From Macrostomum lignano (taxonomy: Eukaryota): a stretch of 64,000 nt of DNA. Below the pieces are notes generated by a model. It saw only the letters and a program-made list of their open reading frames with translations. It searched no databases and was not told the DNA's origin. The DNA lies in NCBI GenBank assembly GCA_002269645.1, contig NIVC01002892.1, positions 1-64,000 on the forward strand, given 5' to 3'. This document shows, piece after piece, positions 22,098-33,470 of the stretch. Position 1 is the stretch's first letter, and each line of letters starts with the position of its first letter. A program made the position numbers and the translations under genes.

Positions 22098-24632
22098 ATC
22101 ATTGTGTGAGAACTTAATTGAGAAAGTAAAATATTTTTTCATTCACTAGGCCTAGTTAAAAAAATAATAGACCTTTTTGATTTTCCCTTGTTTGCTAGAC
22201 TATAGAGCTAGAAACTTAATATATTAAATAAAAACTAAATATATTATATATACCAAAAAATATTTATTTATGACAAAGTGTTTATCTCTGTGTTTTTGTT
22301 ATATAGGCCCCTATATTATATTGCTAAGTAAAAATAAAATTATAAAGAGGCATAAAAAAGTAAGATAAAAATTTTCAAGGTTTCATTTTCAAGGGTTGGG
22401 CTGATTCCCTCCCCCTTAAAAAGTTAGGGATCAGGAGTATTCATGACCCATGAAAATTATGGCATAGTTTTAATACAAGCCACCTAATTAGGGGCCTATA
22501 TGATTATGAAACATGCAGCAGCTGAACAAAAGCTTTGTTTATTTTTTCAGGCCTTATTAATAATTATATATGACGTCCTTAGGTAAAATTTGAATTCCAA
22601 CTTTATTTTATTTGACATATTAAAAAGAAGGCCCTTGGCACTAGGCTCAAGCTTAGACCCAACAATGCTAGAACTTAAATACACGTTGGCAAATGCGTTC
22701 ATCAATTTTTTATTCAACCAAACGTTCATTTGATAATTGAGAATAATTTTCACTTTTACAAGCCTAAAATACTTTAATTTAAAATCAAATCCTAACACAA
22801 CCTCGACAAAGTCGATCACCTGGCAGCCTGGCTTATTACGAAAAAATCGATCCTTAAACTATGGACTAAAGCCGCAGCATACAAAACGATTTGAGCAATT
22901 TGATGAAATATTAAATTTTTTTTTTTGACTATGCTTTTTTTGCAAGCCAGTGTTTTTTTTTCTAGCAAGATGCGAAAAAACGAGTGTTCCATAACAGAAA
23001 AGGTAATGTTTGCTACTGTGGCTGTGTAGCAATATACATTTTGTTTTGTGCATTGCTAGGCAAAAGACATTTTTAAATCAAGTTAATCGCTGAGAGTTTA
23101 AATAAAAGATGAATTTATTATTTTTATCCATCCACGGTCATGAAAGCCAGAATTTGAGAATTCAGTATAAACAAGTAAAAGCTAAATTTTGTTTACCAAA
23201 TGTAACTTAATGAAAATTTAGCTCGCATATTCAGCTCTACAGTGGGTAGGATGATTCAATGAAAACTTATCATTTTATTAACAGGATTGTAGCAAATATA
23301 ATGTGCAATTGTGCGAATACGAATATTGCACCAGTTGCACCAGTCACCAAACTGATACTCAGATACTGTCTATCCTGATTTCTATATTTCTATATTAGCA
23401 TGTAACCATAAGTCCGAACTTTCCAGCCTCTAGGTGACTTCTAGATGACTTTTAAAGCAGACAAGCCAGTTAGTCAAGGTTATTGAAAATTGAAAATTTT
23501 AACTTTAACTTGCAGATGTGGCAGAAAAAGTAACTAGTTCCTACTAATACTAACTAGTCTATATTTTTCTAAGAAGGCAACTTTCATAATTAAAAAATAT
23601 TAATATAGGCCCCTACTTATGACATTTATGGAATAACTATTTATGCCACTATTATTTTAAGTTTTAATAGCCAGAACAACAAAGTTTCAATTACCAAACC
23701 AATTTTTTTTTAACTATAAGGGTATCCCAAAAGTTCTTAGAATCTTTGCTTTAGCTCCTCAGTACCTTGACCAATATTTATGCTTTATATGTCAAACTAA
23801 AGATAATTTTTCAATAAATAAAGTTTGTCATTTAATTTCCTTTCTATCTGATTTTAGTCAAGAGTTATATTAGGAAATGTGAATAAAGGTCAATACTACT
23901 AGGCCTAGTGTTATACAACCTTAAATGTCTATGGTGTCCTTTTTCTATCATAAATTTTTTGCCACACTTAGAGAAAGACATAGCAACTGTGTCTATAAAT
24001 ATAATGCAAAAACTTATAGACACAGCCGCCGTGTCTCTAAGTTTTTGCATCATAGTGACAATGGTATCAGGGTGATAATAGAATGCTTGAAAGACTAGCT
24101 GAAGATGCCTGGCAGTTGAGGTTTGCCTATTATTGAAGCTTGGTAAGACAAATCTGACATTGCTGCAACATGATCCTCACAGTCAACTGGTACCACCTGT
24201 TGAAGGTGCCAATAGTATCTGGGTGATGATAGAATCCTTGAGAGACTAGCTGAGGATATCTAGCAGTTGAGGCTTGCTTGCTGTCAAGGCTTGATTGATA
24301 AAACTAAAGAATTTTGCAATAGTATATCTATAGTCACTTGGTGCCACTTGTTGAAGCTGAAGTCCAAAAGCTCTGCCTAGATGCAGGCCAATAACCAAAA
24401 AAGTCAGCTAATGCAAACATGTGAGTGATCAATGTGCTGATGAAATTTGGAGGCTAGGCAAGGCTGCACTAAAGTGCAATACTAGTTGGCACACAGGGGT
24501 GTACTGAATACACTAGCACTTATGGGAAAATCTGACCTAGCAGAATTGTTGAATATCTCAACATTCCAGAGGACTGGCAACTTGATTTTTGTTGAAAAAG
24601 CTGCACAACAAAAATTAGCTCATGTTCTTATA

Positions 24633-27138
24633 TCTATATACTAATTTTGCGCTATATGCATGCGTATATGCGTGTAATTGATTTTTTCGAGTATGGCTCA
24701 ACCAATTCTCATCAAACTTGCACCATTCGATCAGAAATTTTCCTGGGATGGCACATGCATCTTGGCTAAGAAATTGATCAATATTAAAGGGATTAAATAT
24801 TCAAAAAACATGATTTTCTGCAAAGGTCAAGCAGCTCTTTCGACCCAAAATGCATTGTAAGAATGCTAGAAAAAAACCTGACTGACTGAATTTCAATTCT
24901 GATAAAGATTGCATCATAGCAAGTTGAAAACAGTGCCAAAGAAATGCACACACGACTTGATTTAAATTGCATAACCATATTGCTAACTTAAATTGAGACT
25001 GATACTGGCTGACTGAGAAATTGATTATGTCATAACTTTTTACTCTAACTGATTTGCTATAAAAATTGAATTATAAGGGCCACAATTCATGTTCTCCAAT
25101 CAACAAGAGATAGCCTAGATGTAAACAGACTGGACTGCTAATTCAGCGACCTAGGTTCGAATCTTAGTAGTGCAAAATAATTTTTTTATTAAAACATCTT
25201 AAAAACAAAATGCTAAACATAAAAGAAGCACAATGTCAAACAAAAGTGGCACCATTTCAAACATTAAAGGCCACCATGTCAAACATATATGTGACTCCAT
25301 GTCTAACATTAAAGAGCCACCTTGTCAAACATTAAAGAGCCACCATGTCAAACATTAAAGAGCCACCATGGAGAACATTAAAAAGCCATCATTACAGACA
25401 TTAAGGTGCCACCAGGTCAAACATTAAAAAGCCATTATGTTAAACATTAAAGAGCCACCATGTCAAACATAAAAGAGCCACTATGTCAAACATCAACAAG
25501 TCACCATGTCAAGCATATATATGACTCCATTTCAGACATTAAAGTGCCACCATGTCAAACATTAAAGAGCCACCATGTCAAACATTAAAGAGCTACCATG
25601 TCTAACATTAAAGAGCCACCATGTCAAATATCAAAGAGCCACCATTTCAAACATTAAAGAGCCACCATGTCAAACATTAATGAGTCACCATGTCAAGCGT
25701 ATAAGTGACTCCATGTCAGATATTAAAGAGCCATCATTGTAGACATTAAAGTGCCACGTCTGTGCCATGTCTAACATTAATAAGTCACCATGTCAAGCAT
25801 ATACATGGCTCCATATCAAACATTAAAGAGCCACCATGTCGAACATAAAAGAGCTACCATGTCTAACATTAAAGAGCCACCATGTCAGACATTAAAGAGC
25901 CATCATTGCAGACATAAAAGTGCCACCAGGTCAAACAATAAAGAGCCACCATGTCAAACATTAAAGAGCCATCATGTCAAACATTAAAGAGCCACCATGT
26001 TGAACATAAAAGAGCCACCATGTCGAACATTAAAGAGCCATCATTATAGACATAAAACTGGCACGATGTCAAACATTAAAGAGCCACCTTATCAAACATT
26101 AAAGAGCCACCATGTCAAGCATAATAGAGACAATTACAAACGTAAAAAGAAGCGTCATGCCAATCATAAAGTAGCCACTATAAAGCTAAGGAAATTGTTG
26201 CACTAGATACTTATTGTCTGGTGGATGCTTGCTATTTAAGATAGATAATTGCTATCAATTGGATGCTTGCTATCTGGGGGTGCTTGCTATCTGGGGATGC
26301 TTGCTATCTGGGGGTGCTTGCTATCTTGGGGGTGCTTGCTATTAGGTGGATGCTTGCTATCTTGGGGTGCTTGCTATTAGGTGGATGCTTGCTATCTTGG
26401 GGTGCTTGCTATTAGGTGGATGCTTGCTATCTGGGGGTGCTTGCTATTAGGTGGATGCTTGCTATCTTGGGGTGCTTGCTATTAGGTGGATGCTTGCTAT
26501 CTGGGGTGCCTGCTATCTAGGGGTGCCTGCTATCTGGAGATGCTTGCTATCTGGAGATGCTTGCTATCTGGAGATGCTTGCTATCTGGGGGTGCTTGCTA
26601 TTAGGTGGATGCTTGCTATCTGGGCATGCTTGCCATCTAAGGGTGCTTGCTATCTTGTGGTGCTTGCTATCTAAGGGTGCTTGCTATTAGGTGGATGCTT
26701 GCTATCTGGGGGTGCTTGATTTCTAAGGGTGCTTGCTATTAGGTGGATGCTTGCTATCTTGGGGTGCTTGCTATTAGGTGGATGCTTGCTATCTGGGGAT
26801 GCTTGCTATCTAAGGGTGCTTGCTATTAGGTGGATGCTTGCTATTAGGTGGATGCTTGCTATCTGGGGGTGCTTGCTATCTAAAGGTGCTTGCTGTTAGG
26901 TGGATGCTTGCTATCTGGGGTGCCTGCTATCTGGGGGTGCTTGCTATCTGGAGATGCTTGCTATCTGGAGGTGCTTGCTATCTGGGAGGTTGCTTGCTAT
27001 CTTGGGATGTTTTCTTTTTGCATTGCACTTCATTTGAGCAGTTTTTCTATTGTCTATGTGAAGGCTTTTTTGGCCGTCTTTTTGATACTTGTAGAGAGCC
27101 AGAGATTCTATCTAGATACCCCCCATCTAGATTGCTAG
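24633..27138 (+). mobile_element. Non-autonomous Helitron (copy B) carrying the same two satellite arrays
   Basis: A|TCTATATACTAAT at 24632-24645 and ATTGCTAG|T ending 27138-27139. The ~550-bp 5' segment aligns with the reverse complement of 20940-21485. Arrays at ~25230-26120 and ~26220-27005. Confidence 0.8.
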
Positions 27139-28663
27139 TTTTGTCTATTCTGATATAGCAAAAAATTGTCAGGGGGAAGTCCCCCCTCTTGGTAGTTCAA
27201 TGAGCAGAAAAATGACTTGGTATTCCTACTGTTAAACAGTATACTTTTTATTGACAATGCCTAATGGATTTGTCAAAACCTAGGAAGAGCATCTGGCATA
27301 TGACTACTAGTTATATATTTAAAACTAGCAAAATATATTTAGTATACAAAATTTGTTGAAAGATCTTTGTAATCTGTGTAGATTTATGCATCCTACTCCT
27401 TAGAATAGAAAGCTACATGCATCCTTTAGATGCACTATGCAATAGCTATGGCTAAGCTGTTGTTTGCACATCTGGCCTAATTTAGGCAGGTATATTAAAT
27501 TATTATTATACTATTATCTATTGGTAACCCATATTACTATTGGCTACAGATAGTTATGATATTGATATTGATAACCATTTAGTCTAATATTGACTTAACA
27601 TATTTATTGCTATTAGAAATAATAAGTTAAATCCAAAAAAATTATTTTAATGACCCAAAAAAGTATACCAAAAGGTAGGTCCATGCTTTAAAAAATCACA
27701 ATGTGATAGTATTTTAAGGTTCTTTCTTATAGGTATTTTTATGAATGTAGCTATTTCCAATTGTATCCTTTTTGCACATATCTGTTCATTAATTATATAT
27801 GCATTAAGATAATAAAATTGATGGATTGCTAGTATGAGTAGTTTTCATTTTGCATTTTTTGCTTAAAGCTATCAATAAAAACATAAGAGTTGGGTAAAAC
27901 TTTGTAAGGTTTTAGGTTTTATAGGTATACAGAATTTAGCATGGTTGGCTAAGGCTTATTGATTATCCCCAGGAGTACACTTTTTTATCTTTGTTATAAA
28001 TAGTATATGTAAGAAAGTAGAATTCTAAATAGTATTAAATTAATTCAGTAAGGTGGTGTTGACTGGATGAACAACAGATCCATAGAGCATTTATAATAAA
28101 TTAGTTAATTACACCAGCATTAGCTGGGGTAGTTGAGGGTGTGTATGGTGAGTGGCGACCCCCCCCCCCCCTAGTCTTTGGACTGAACAGCTGAGCTGTT
28201 GGTTGCACATCTGCCCATTGGCATTAGGATCTGTGTAATAAATTATTGTTATTATTATTATTATTAGTATTAGTTAAATTAAAAGTAAAAAAGCCTATAT
28301 TCAAATTATTATACAAAATGTATATGGCAAACAATCAGGTTCTTAGTACACTTAGCTTCTATATAAGATTAGTACAAACTCCATACCCATAGGGGTCTAT
28401 AGTATAAAATAAAATGAATATGGTATGTTCACCGTAATACAAGGTCAATGTTTGAAGTTAAAAAAGCTATTATGCAATTATTAAGCTAAAAGATAGAGAG
28501 AACATTTACTATTTTATTTACTGAAATTTAAGAAGTACACCCAGCACTATTGTATCTGCTGCATGCTTTCCTGCGCATGCCGCTTCGGCGGTTGTTAATA
28601 GAAACTAAAACAGCCAAGGCTATTTTTTATTGCTTTAATCATAAATTGATTGCGTAGAAAGTA

Positions 28664-29274
28664 ATGCCCAGTAAGCTCCCGATTCGAGTTGTGCACGTGT
28701 CCGGCCAAGACGAGGGCTATCCGGCCATCGAGCTCAACCGGCATTCGCCAACCACGCGCGGCTGGGTTAGCTCCAGATTCTGTCTGTACCCGCAGGATCT
28801 TGTGGTTTACCTGGAGCAGAGATCGCGCATTAGAAAAGTGCAGATTTTATCTCACCAGTACCTAATCGCCTCCAAGATTGAATTCTTTGTTGGCGACGTG
28901 CCAGACGGTGTTTCGCACAATCTGCAGAACGCGCGCTACTCCCGCCTGGGCTACGTGGCCCTGTCAGACAATGAGAAAACCGGATTCCGAGCTCGCGAAC
29001 TCAAATCTGTTCACGTTGACGCTGTTGGCGTCTATCTAAAATTAGTGATTCACAAGAACTACGTGAATAAGCACAACCTGTACAACCAAGTGGGCCTTGT
29101 TGCCGTCAACCTGATTGGCGATCCGCTCTATTCACCAATGGACATTGTCAGCCGGCCGGACAAAGCGCCAGACGATCGGGTATTCGGGCCGGATTATATC
29201 TCGCCGCTCGACGATTTGGCGTTTGATATGTACCAGGTGGGTTGCGGGGTATTTTCTTAGATAGATAGATAGAC

Positions 29275-29308
<34 letters not shown>

Positions 29309-29374
29309 TTAGTAAGATAGATAGATAGATAGACAGACAGATAGATAGATAGATAGACAGATAGATAGACAGAC

Positions 29375-29414
<40 letters not shown>

Positions 29415-29480
29415 TTAGTAAGATAGATAGATAGATAGACAGACAGATAGATAGATAGATAGACAGATAGATAGACAGAC

Positions 29481-29565
<85 letters not shown>

Positions 29566-32500
29566 CAGATAGCAGGTAGGAAGATTGATTCCCATTTCAT
29601 TTCTGCATCCCTCCTTGCCAAATGCCGCCGCCCTCCGCAGGATCGCGAAATCGCCGACGTAATTCGCAAGCTGGAGGCCCGCAAGCACGACGCCGTCCTA
29701 TCCGAACAATTCGAGCTGGCTAAGCGGCTGCGCGATGCAGTGCTGCAGCTGCAACGGGTTGGCGAGAAGCTCGGCAAACTCGAAGTAGAAAAGCGCCAAG
29801 CAGTAGAAAACGAAGACTATGAGCGGGCCAATTTAAAGAAGATTCAAATGGACGAATACCGGCTGCAGATCTATCGCGAACTGGACGTTGCCGGCCTCCT
29901 AGCCGGCCGGGCGCCGTTTGACTCCGCCCCATTGTCGATGCCGCCTGCCGCGGCCGCTCGCCGATCTAGCCCGCCGCCGCCGCCGCTACTTGAGCCGATC
30001 GGCGCCCGACGTTCGCCAAGCCCGCCGCCGCAGAGCTCCTACCGGCCCGCTGTGGCCTATTCGACCGATTATGACGACAGGCCGCTGCCGGCGCTGAAGC
30101 ATCAGCAGACTGGCGGCAGTCACACGCCACTGCCTGAAGACGACGACGGAGCCGGCGGCGCTGGCATCACCGGCGAGCCGGAGAATCTCACAGAGAAGGA
30201 CATGCGAGAAGCCTCGGCTGTTATTGACATGTTCGGCCTGCCGCTGGTGACTAAAGCCTTCTCTAAAACCTGGTCGCACCGGGAGGACGCCCTGCTAGAC
30301 GCTTATAAACAAGTTAATGAGATGAGCGCCCAGGATGAGAGAGATCCGAGACAGGTGTTTAGGGCCGGCGTTTATCTGTGCCAGCGAGGCGTTCAGGTGA
30401 GTTTAATAATCAGCTGCATGCATATGTTATTTGTTCGCATGTTTGTTAGGCTCTGAACATATGTGGCACAGCAGCTCGGCGATAAGCGCGTCTGACTCGA
30501 GAAACGGCCCTTGGTTCGATTCCGTTCGCGGCCGCATTCAGTTGGGGTTGTGTGTACGAACATTGGCCAGTGCGATTCACACCTATAAAGGCCAACCCCC
30601 CAGGCACAGAGTGTACATGTCTAAGTGTACACAATTAGAAAGTCAAGGCCGCTGTTGACCCTGTGTGTATGAGTGCGTGTCTGTGCACAGTATTGGCGCG
30701 CTTGTGTGTGCTCAGTTGCTAGTGTTAGCAATGTCGCCAAAGGCGTTGCGCCAGATTTGCTAATATACCGCCTTTAAAAATAGTTAACAAACAGGTTTGA
30801 AAATCGCATATAAACACTAGTTGATTATCGCAGATAAACATCCGTTGAGAATCGCAGATAAACACTTGTTAAGAATCGCAGATAAACACTTGTTGAGAAT
30901 CGCAGATAAACACTTGTGAGAATCGCAGATAAACACTTGTTGCAGATAAACACTAGTTGAGAATCGCAGATAAACATCCGTTGATTATCGCAGATAAACA
31001 TCCGTTGAGAATCGCAGATAAACATCCGTTGTGAATCGCAGATAAACATCCGTCGATTATCGCAGATAAACATCCGTCGATTATCGCAGATAAACATCCG
31101 TCAAGAATCGCAGATAAACATCCGTTGAGAATCGCAGATAAACATTCGTTGAGAATCGCAGATAAACATCCGTTGAGAATCGCAGATAAACATCCGTTGA
31201 GAATCGCAGATAAACATCCGTTGAGAATTGCAGACAAACATCCGTTGAGAATTGCAGATAAACATCCGTTGAGAATCGCAGATAAACATCCGTTGAGAAT
31301 TGCAGATAAACATCCGTTGAGAATCCCAGATAAACATCCGTTGAGAATCGCAGATAAACATCCGTTGAGAATTGCAGATAAACATCCGTTAAGAATCGCA
31401 GATAAACATCCGTCAAGAATCGCAGATAAACATCCGTTGAGAATCGCAGATAAACAGTCCCTTAGAGCTCATGATTGCATGTTAATATGTGCTATTCAAG
31501 TGGCGCAATTGAATTAGCATAAACATATATTAATTCACCTGTCGCCTCTCCCCCTCTCTCCGCAGGACAAAGTGTTCTCCGTATTCCGCGCCGCCCTATC
31601 CCTCAATAAGCTTCTGCTAACGGACTTCACCCAGCGTCACTCAATCCAGCGCCACGAGATTCAATACGCCTGCGACCGAGTGCTGCCCGGCCTGCTACAG
31701 AAAACTGGCGACACTGCTCCGCGAATGCGCGACACCTCTAAGCAGTACCTGGTTGAAATGTCCCAATGGGCCCATCTGCGCCCGTTGCAGGCCGTGCCGC
31801 ACGAGTGTCTGAAGCCGTTTAAACCGTCAGCTCACGAGCGCCTAGGCGTTGGTAGAGTAGACGTTGCCGCTGCACTGTACAGGCAGCACGGCCTATCGGA
31901 TGGCGTCACCCTTGACGGCCTGATGACATTCGCTGTCAAAGCTCTGGATCATCGCCACGGCGACGTCAGGGAGAGCGCCGAGTCGCTAATAGTTGAATTA
32001 TACAAGCAGCAGGACAAGGCGGTGGTCAGGTCGCATCTGCCGCCAGACGATGAGCGGACTAGGCGGAACACTCTCTATAGGAAACTGTTCGAAGCGTTCG
32101 ACAGAGTTGATGGCAAGCAGCCGCGTGCTGCTCAGCAGCAGCAGCAGGAGGAAGCGCAGCAGCGTCAGATTGAAGAGCTGAAACGTCAACAGAAAGAGCT
32201 GCGCGAGCTCGCCGCCCAGCAGCAGCAGGCCAAGGAGAAGCCCAAACAGGACTCGGCGGCGCCACCTTCTAGCAGGAAGGCCAAGCCGGCTGGAGGCAAA
32301 GCCAAGCCGGCTAATGCGAGTGAGCAGCAGCCGCCGCAGGAGCAGCAGGAGCAGCCCCAGCAGCAGGAGACGCCGCGCAATATTGAGGACGAGCCTGTAC
32401 CCAAGCTGGCTGTTGACGATGACGAGGCTTGCATCTTCTGCGACGAGAAGGTTCAAGGCGGCTCTACTGAACAGGGAATGGAAGTGCACTTCTGGAAGAG

Positions 32501-33470
32501 CTGCCCGATGCTAAAACGATGCACGTCCTGTCGGCAGGTTGTAGAGATCGCCATGCTGTCAGAGCACCTGTTGAACGAGTGCGAGCACAGCGCCGAGTTC
32601 CGCAAATGCCCGTATTGCACCGAGGCCATCCCTGTGGCCGAGCATGAGCAGCATGTTCGGTTTGTGAAAATGACCAATGTTCTTTGACTCTCTGTTTCTG
32701 TGACTAGAATTTGCTTATTAACTCTCAGGTTCGGCCACCGTTCCTTTTCCGCATCCTCAGCTTTAATCACCCGCCACCCGACCTCTCAGCCTGAGCTCCC
32801 AGCCATCCCAGATCCCCACACTGAGCTCCCAGCCATCCCAGATCCCCACACTGAGCTCCCAGCCATCCCAGATCCTCAGACTGAGCTCTCAGCCTTCCCA
32901 GATCCTCAGACTGAGCTCCCAGCCATCCCAGATCCCCACACTGAGCTCCCAGCAATCCCAGATCCCCACACTGAGCTCCCAGCCATCCCAGATCCCCACA
33001 CTGAGCTCCCAGCCATCCCAGATCCCCACACTGAGCTCCCAGCCATCCCAGATCCCCACACTGAGCTCCCAGCCATCCCAGATCCCCACACTGAGCTCCC
33101 AGCCATCCCAGCTATTTTAGCTGCTTTGCTTAAAGAAGTAGAAGAGGCACAGAATATTTTAACAGCTGAAAGACAGGTTGGAAATCAGCGAGTAAGAAAG
33201 TACCCCAATTCTTTTCCAACCCATTAACTGCCTGGCTCCAGTGACAACCTGTGCAACCACGCCGTGGAAGGCCAGAGCCATTGTCCGCTGTGCCACGAGA
33301 ATTTCCCAACCGGAGACGACGGCTGGAAGGAGCATCTGACTGGCTCGGACGGCTGCAAGCAGAATCCTAGGCGCCTCATCGCGCTTAACCGCAAGGCGGA
33401 GGACGCCGGGGGCGGAGGCGGCGGCAATGGACAGTCGAGGAAGTCCAAACTTCCTCAGCCGAGGAAATAA
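28664..33470 (+). CDS. CEP104: Centrosomal protein of 104 kDa; 4 exons 28664-29236, 29641-30396, 31566-32659, 33242-33470 (883 aa)
   Basis: N-terminal jelly-roll region ([22 protein letters not shown]), LAFDMYQ|[15 protein letters not shown] coiled coil, TOG-like region ([12 protein letters not shown]), C-terminal zinc fingers (CIFC...HFWKSCPML...CPLCHENF). All introns GT-AG with consistent phases; total 2652 nt. Confidence 0.95.
29259..29575. repeat. (GATA/GACA)n microsatellite in CEP104 intron 1
   Basis: Seen directly. Confidence 0.98.
30463..30780 (+). mobile_element. tRNA-derived SINE in CEP104 intron 2
   Basis: Head GGCACAGCAGCTCGGCGATAAGCGCGTCTGACTC...CCCTTGGTTCGATTCC with a B-box; body homologous to the minus-strand copy at 42640-43056. 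Confidence 0.75.
30790..31455. repeat. 24-bp minisatellite GAGAATCGCAGATAAACATCCGTT in CEP104 intron 2
   Basis: Seen directly. Confidence 0.95.
32790..33112. repeat. 30-bp minisatellite CTGAGCTCCCAGCCATCCCAGATCCCCACA in CEP104 intron 3
   Basis: About 10-11 units. Confidence 0.95.

Noticed and set aside
22547-22819. Possible hAT dimerisation-domain remnant on the minus strand
   Set aside because: Similarity too weak to support without a profile search
30463-30535. tRNA gene
   Set aside because: B-box present but no proper cloverleaf; it continues into a body shared with another copy, so it is a SINE head
31125-31517. RIADKHPL repeat ORF in CEP104 intron 2 as a cassette exon
   Set aside because: Ends in a stop and lacks convincing flanking splice sites, unlike the intron-3 case
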